A DNA stretch of 54,841 bases, filler included, from Streblomastix strix (taxonomy: Eukaryota): NCBI GenBank assembly GCA_008636045.1. It is 2 parts of 2 records of this genome, joined end to end, with 100 filler letters (N's around TTAATTAATTAA, not from the genome) between each part and the next. Parts side by side here need not be neighbours in the genome. Positions count along the whole stretch, not along the records: positions 27,513 to 54,841 come from SNRW01000146.1; 1 more part is not named here. One strand, given 5' to 3'. The notes under the pieces are model-generated. The model was given only the letters and a program-made list of their open reading frames with translations, searched no databases and was not told the origin of the DNA. The position numbers were made by a program, and so were the translations under genes. Below are positions 51,936 to 54,841 of this stretch, piece after piece. Numbering within the stretch: position 1 is the stretch's first letter; each line of letters starts with the position of its first letter.

Positions 51936-52897
51936 GCAAAAATGATTTACTAAACATTATTATATATTTCATTACGAATTCAATAAACATGCCATACCTA
52001 GAAAGTGTATGTCATACCTATAAAATGGATAAACGATATAATAGTAATTACATTAAATTGTTTAAATAGAATATATTCGATGCAAACGAAATTAAAAAAG
52101 ATGAAACGTATTAATAGTATGCAACAAGAATGAAGAAGTAATTTAAGTTCTATTGCATTGAAACAATTAACGAATATAACTAACCCTCTAAATTAATGTA
52201 ATATGTTATCCTATTGTTAGTTTAAAATGTTAATTATGAGAATAGATTAAAAATAATTGGCATCTAAGAGATAGATGAAGATGGAGTATCAATAATTAAA
52301 ACACTAAAATTACCTATACTTTAAAATGCACGATTATTATCTACATTATTGATCTTTGATGATATTGGTTCTAATACCGATATATAAAGATACACTTCAT
52401 AGTTATCTCGTTCAATTACTCATCTCGATAATGATAGTAGACACTCTAAAAATACTTTATTCTTTATTGCTTAACGTATGTAATATTTGTTCAAAACCGC
52501 ACGAATATTATGTTATGTGATAGTGCTTAGAGTTAATCTTGGAGAGAGTGATTTGAAATAAATTTATGATGAGAAAAATATTAACACATTAACAGAGTAT
52601 GGGCTAATGATATTATATAATACCTTAAATAAGTATGAGTTTATCGTTATTAATAAGTGGTTATAAAGATTTGAAATATTGCGTAATTGACTTTATTTTT
52701 AGATATAAATGATTTCGGAAATAATTAGTAATATTTCATTAATGAATATAGCTATTAACAATCAACTTGGTTGTATATTAACGATATAATAGATTTCAAT
52801 TGATAACGAAGAGATTAGTGATGAAGTAAGAAATGCAATTTACTCCTTAAAGGAGCTTTGGAACAAATAGTTAAAAGTCAGTCTAAAGATTAGTTGA
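51936..52897 (+). pseudogene. A32/FtsK-like DNA packaging ATPase, N-terminal Walker A region missing
   Basis: Walker B TLLIFDDIG and the motif DSRHSKNTLFFIAQR...KTARIL. TGA at 52688 and 52895. No Walker A found upstream. Confidence 0.72.
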
Positions 52898-52912
52898 AAT
52901 TATTTTCATGTT

Positions 52913-53947
52913 TCAACTTGATTAATTATGAATAGCATATGAGTCACTAATCTAAATAGCAAAATCATCCGGTAACCAAAACTAGCACATTGTATTTATT
53001 ATAACATTTCCATTATGATTAATAAAACAATCAGTAGCAACTACATTAGTCCATGTTATTGGATTAGTAGATTATTTAGTCACATACATTATAGCATTTA
53101 AAGGTATATTACTAGTTGTTCCTGTAAATTTAGGTTTTATATCATTATTAATGATTGAAAACATAGTATATCCTGTATTACAAACAGTATTAGGATCAGA
53201 GTGAGCTATTAACAATGAAATATATACTCTATCATTTTATGCTGTTAATGTATCCCATGATCGTGATTCATACATTTCATATGCAATTGATTATTATGTT
53301 GCAAGTTCAATAGGACTAGGTGCTATAATTTAATTGTTGAATTTAAGTGATGTACAATCGAAATTGATAATTAGACCCTTATAATCATATGCATAATCTT
53401 CTTATTTTTATATTCTGAATTATGATGAAGTTGATCCTACTTTCCATACACCATCTTTATCTGCAAGGTTGGTGTTACATCCGATGAGTACAAAACTATC
53501 CCAATTTGCTTTATTTTTCATTATCCTAATACCTTAATCTAATATGCTATCACTCGATTCAATAATCAATTAAACTATCACATGAGGAGACTGTTTAGGT
53601 AAAAAATCACCTACATCAGTTGTATCTCCATTAGCGAGTAATAATTAGTTTGATGTTCCACCTGTCTTTATAATCTTGGTTGCTACAATAGGTTATGAAA
53701 ACGTTTTGTCTCCTGTTATAACCTAAGAAGTATTTAACGTTACCAAATGTGATAAATCAACATCCTTAGTTTTTATGTATTAGCTGAAATAAGTAAACAG
53801 TTTAATAATCTCTGTATCAATGAAAGATGTTAACTATTTTTATAGCTTCTTTAATTACTTTACTTCCTCTTATATTTATTATATCTCTTGCAGTTATTTT
53901 TGTATATTATTTATCTCCTCTTCTGTGGGCTCGATTAATGATTCCAT
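52913..53947 (-). CDS. Phage tail-fibre-like viral protein, 344 aa, intact
   Basis: Open frame from ATG 53947 to TGA 52913. N-terminal coiled coil, then LVTLNTSQVITGDKTFS and IKTGGTSNQLLLANG fibre-type motifs, then a beta-rich C-terminus. Confidence 0.68.
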
Positions 53948-53979
53948 TTGTTTAAAAATAATAAATTGGTTGCATTAAC

Positions 53980-54700
53980 ATGAACGAGTAGAATCAGAAT
54001 TCATTTATATCTATTTCTGATTATGGTTTATCTGATAGTCTAACGAAGTCCTTGTTCAGTTGATATAGTTTTTCAACTGAGTTCCACAATACATTATCAA
54101 TCACACTAATGCTTACATTTTTAATTAATACATCCATTACTCTAACAAGGTCTTTTTTCTTATATTTCTTTGTCATACATGAATGAGATTACATAAATGG
54201 TTCCTCTAATATTATTTCAATAACATCTTCGTTTTCTTATGTTATCAATGACCAAAATTTAATGAAGTTATCACTATTCAATATGAAGTCATCTCCTCGC
54301 TTTCTTGATGTAGTTACACTCCAGATACAATCAATAACAAATTTAAGAACCTCTAGATTTGAATGTACTAAGAATGTATTTTTAACTACTTCCTTCGATT
54401 CAACTTAAGCAGTCTCTCGTTCTATTTTTTGTATTTATTTTTATTGTAATGTCGTTTAGGTCTATCTTCCTTAGCAGAGCACAGACCTATGGTCTCTTCA
54501 ATATTCTCTTTAGTTTCTTATTATGATGATGATATCAAACTAGTTTGCTAGTCCACTGGCGCAAACGCTAAGTTTCTCAAGGCTTAATCAATCGATTATA
54601 ATCTAAGATTATCTTCTTCCGATAACTCTTTCTTCATGTCTTCTATTTATTTCTTTGATTTACTCATACGGAATTGATTCCTCTCGATGCTTGAAATCAT
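53980..54700 (-). pseudogene. Hypothetical viral protein, paralog of the ORF starting at 54732
   Basis: Contains RKRGDDFILNSDNFIKFWSL. Frameshifted, with approximate limits. Confidence 0.4.
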
Positions 54701-54731
54701 TTAAATCGATTAAAAATTTAATCATTGATAA

Positions 54732-54841
54732 ATGGATAAATCACAAGCCTTAAGAAAATTAAAAGAAACTGGAACTACTTTCGAAAGCAAGGAGATGACA
54801 TCATATTGAATATTGATAACTGCATTAAATTTTGTTCATTG
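54732..54841 (+). CDS. Hypothetical viral protein, 5' part only
   Basis: MDKSQALRKLKETGTTFRKQGDDIILNIDNCIKFCSL, open to the window end. Confidence 0.45.

Larger units (their letters stand above)
40514..54841. mobile_element. Polinton/Maverick-like endogenous virus, decaying, continuing beyond the window
   Basis: Compact intronless cluster of protein-primed PolB, retroviral-type integrase, KilA-N, A32-like ATPase, and possible minor capsid and fibre-like genes. No TIR identified. Confidence 0.85.

Overview
This is very AT-rich eukaryotic DNA with short GT-AG introns. It uses a variant genetic code (TAA/TAG = Gln, TGA the only stop), so the supplied standard-code ORF track fragments almost every gene. 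The code and gene families resemble the oxymonad Streblomastix strix (inference). Most of the window is mobile DNA: a hAT transposon, a pogo-type element with ~550-bp inverted ends, several MITEs, two DIRS tyrosine-recombinase retrotransposons plus an inverted partial copy, a mariner cut by an artificial gap, and a decaying Polinton-like virus (pPolB, integrase, KilA-N, packaging ATPase, fibre-like gene) from ~40.5 kb to the window end. Between them, at 28.2-35.5 kb, lie two well-preserved co-oriented minus-strand genes. One is a 669-aa GBP/atlastin-family GTPase. The other is a ~1,400-codon intron-containing gene with UIM-like helices, a DUF1598-like core and a C-terminal domain carrying the motifs of the bacterial polymorphic toxin Ntox8. 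This pair is the best candidate for an undescribed eukaryotic toxin or immune system. All domain calls come from manual translation and motif recognition, not from database searches.
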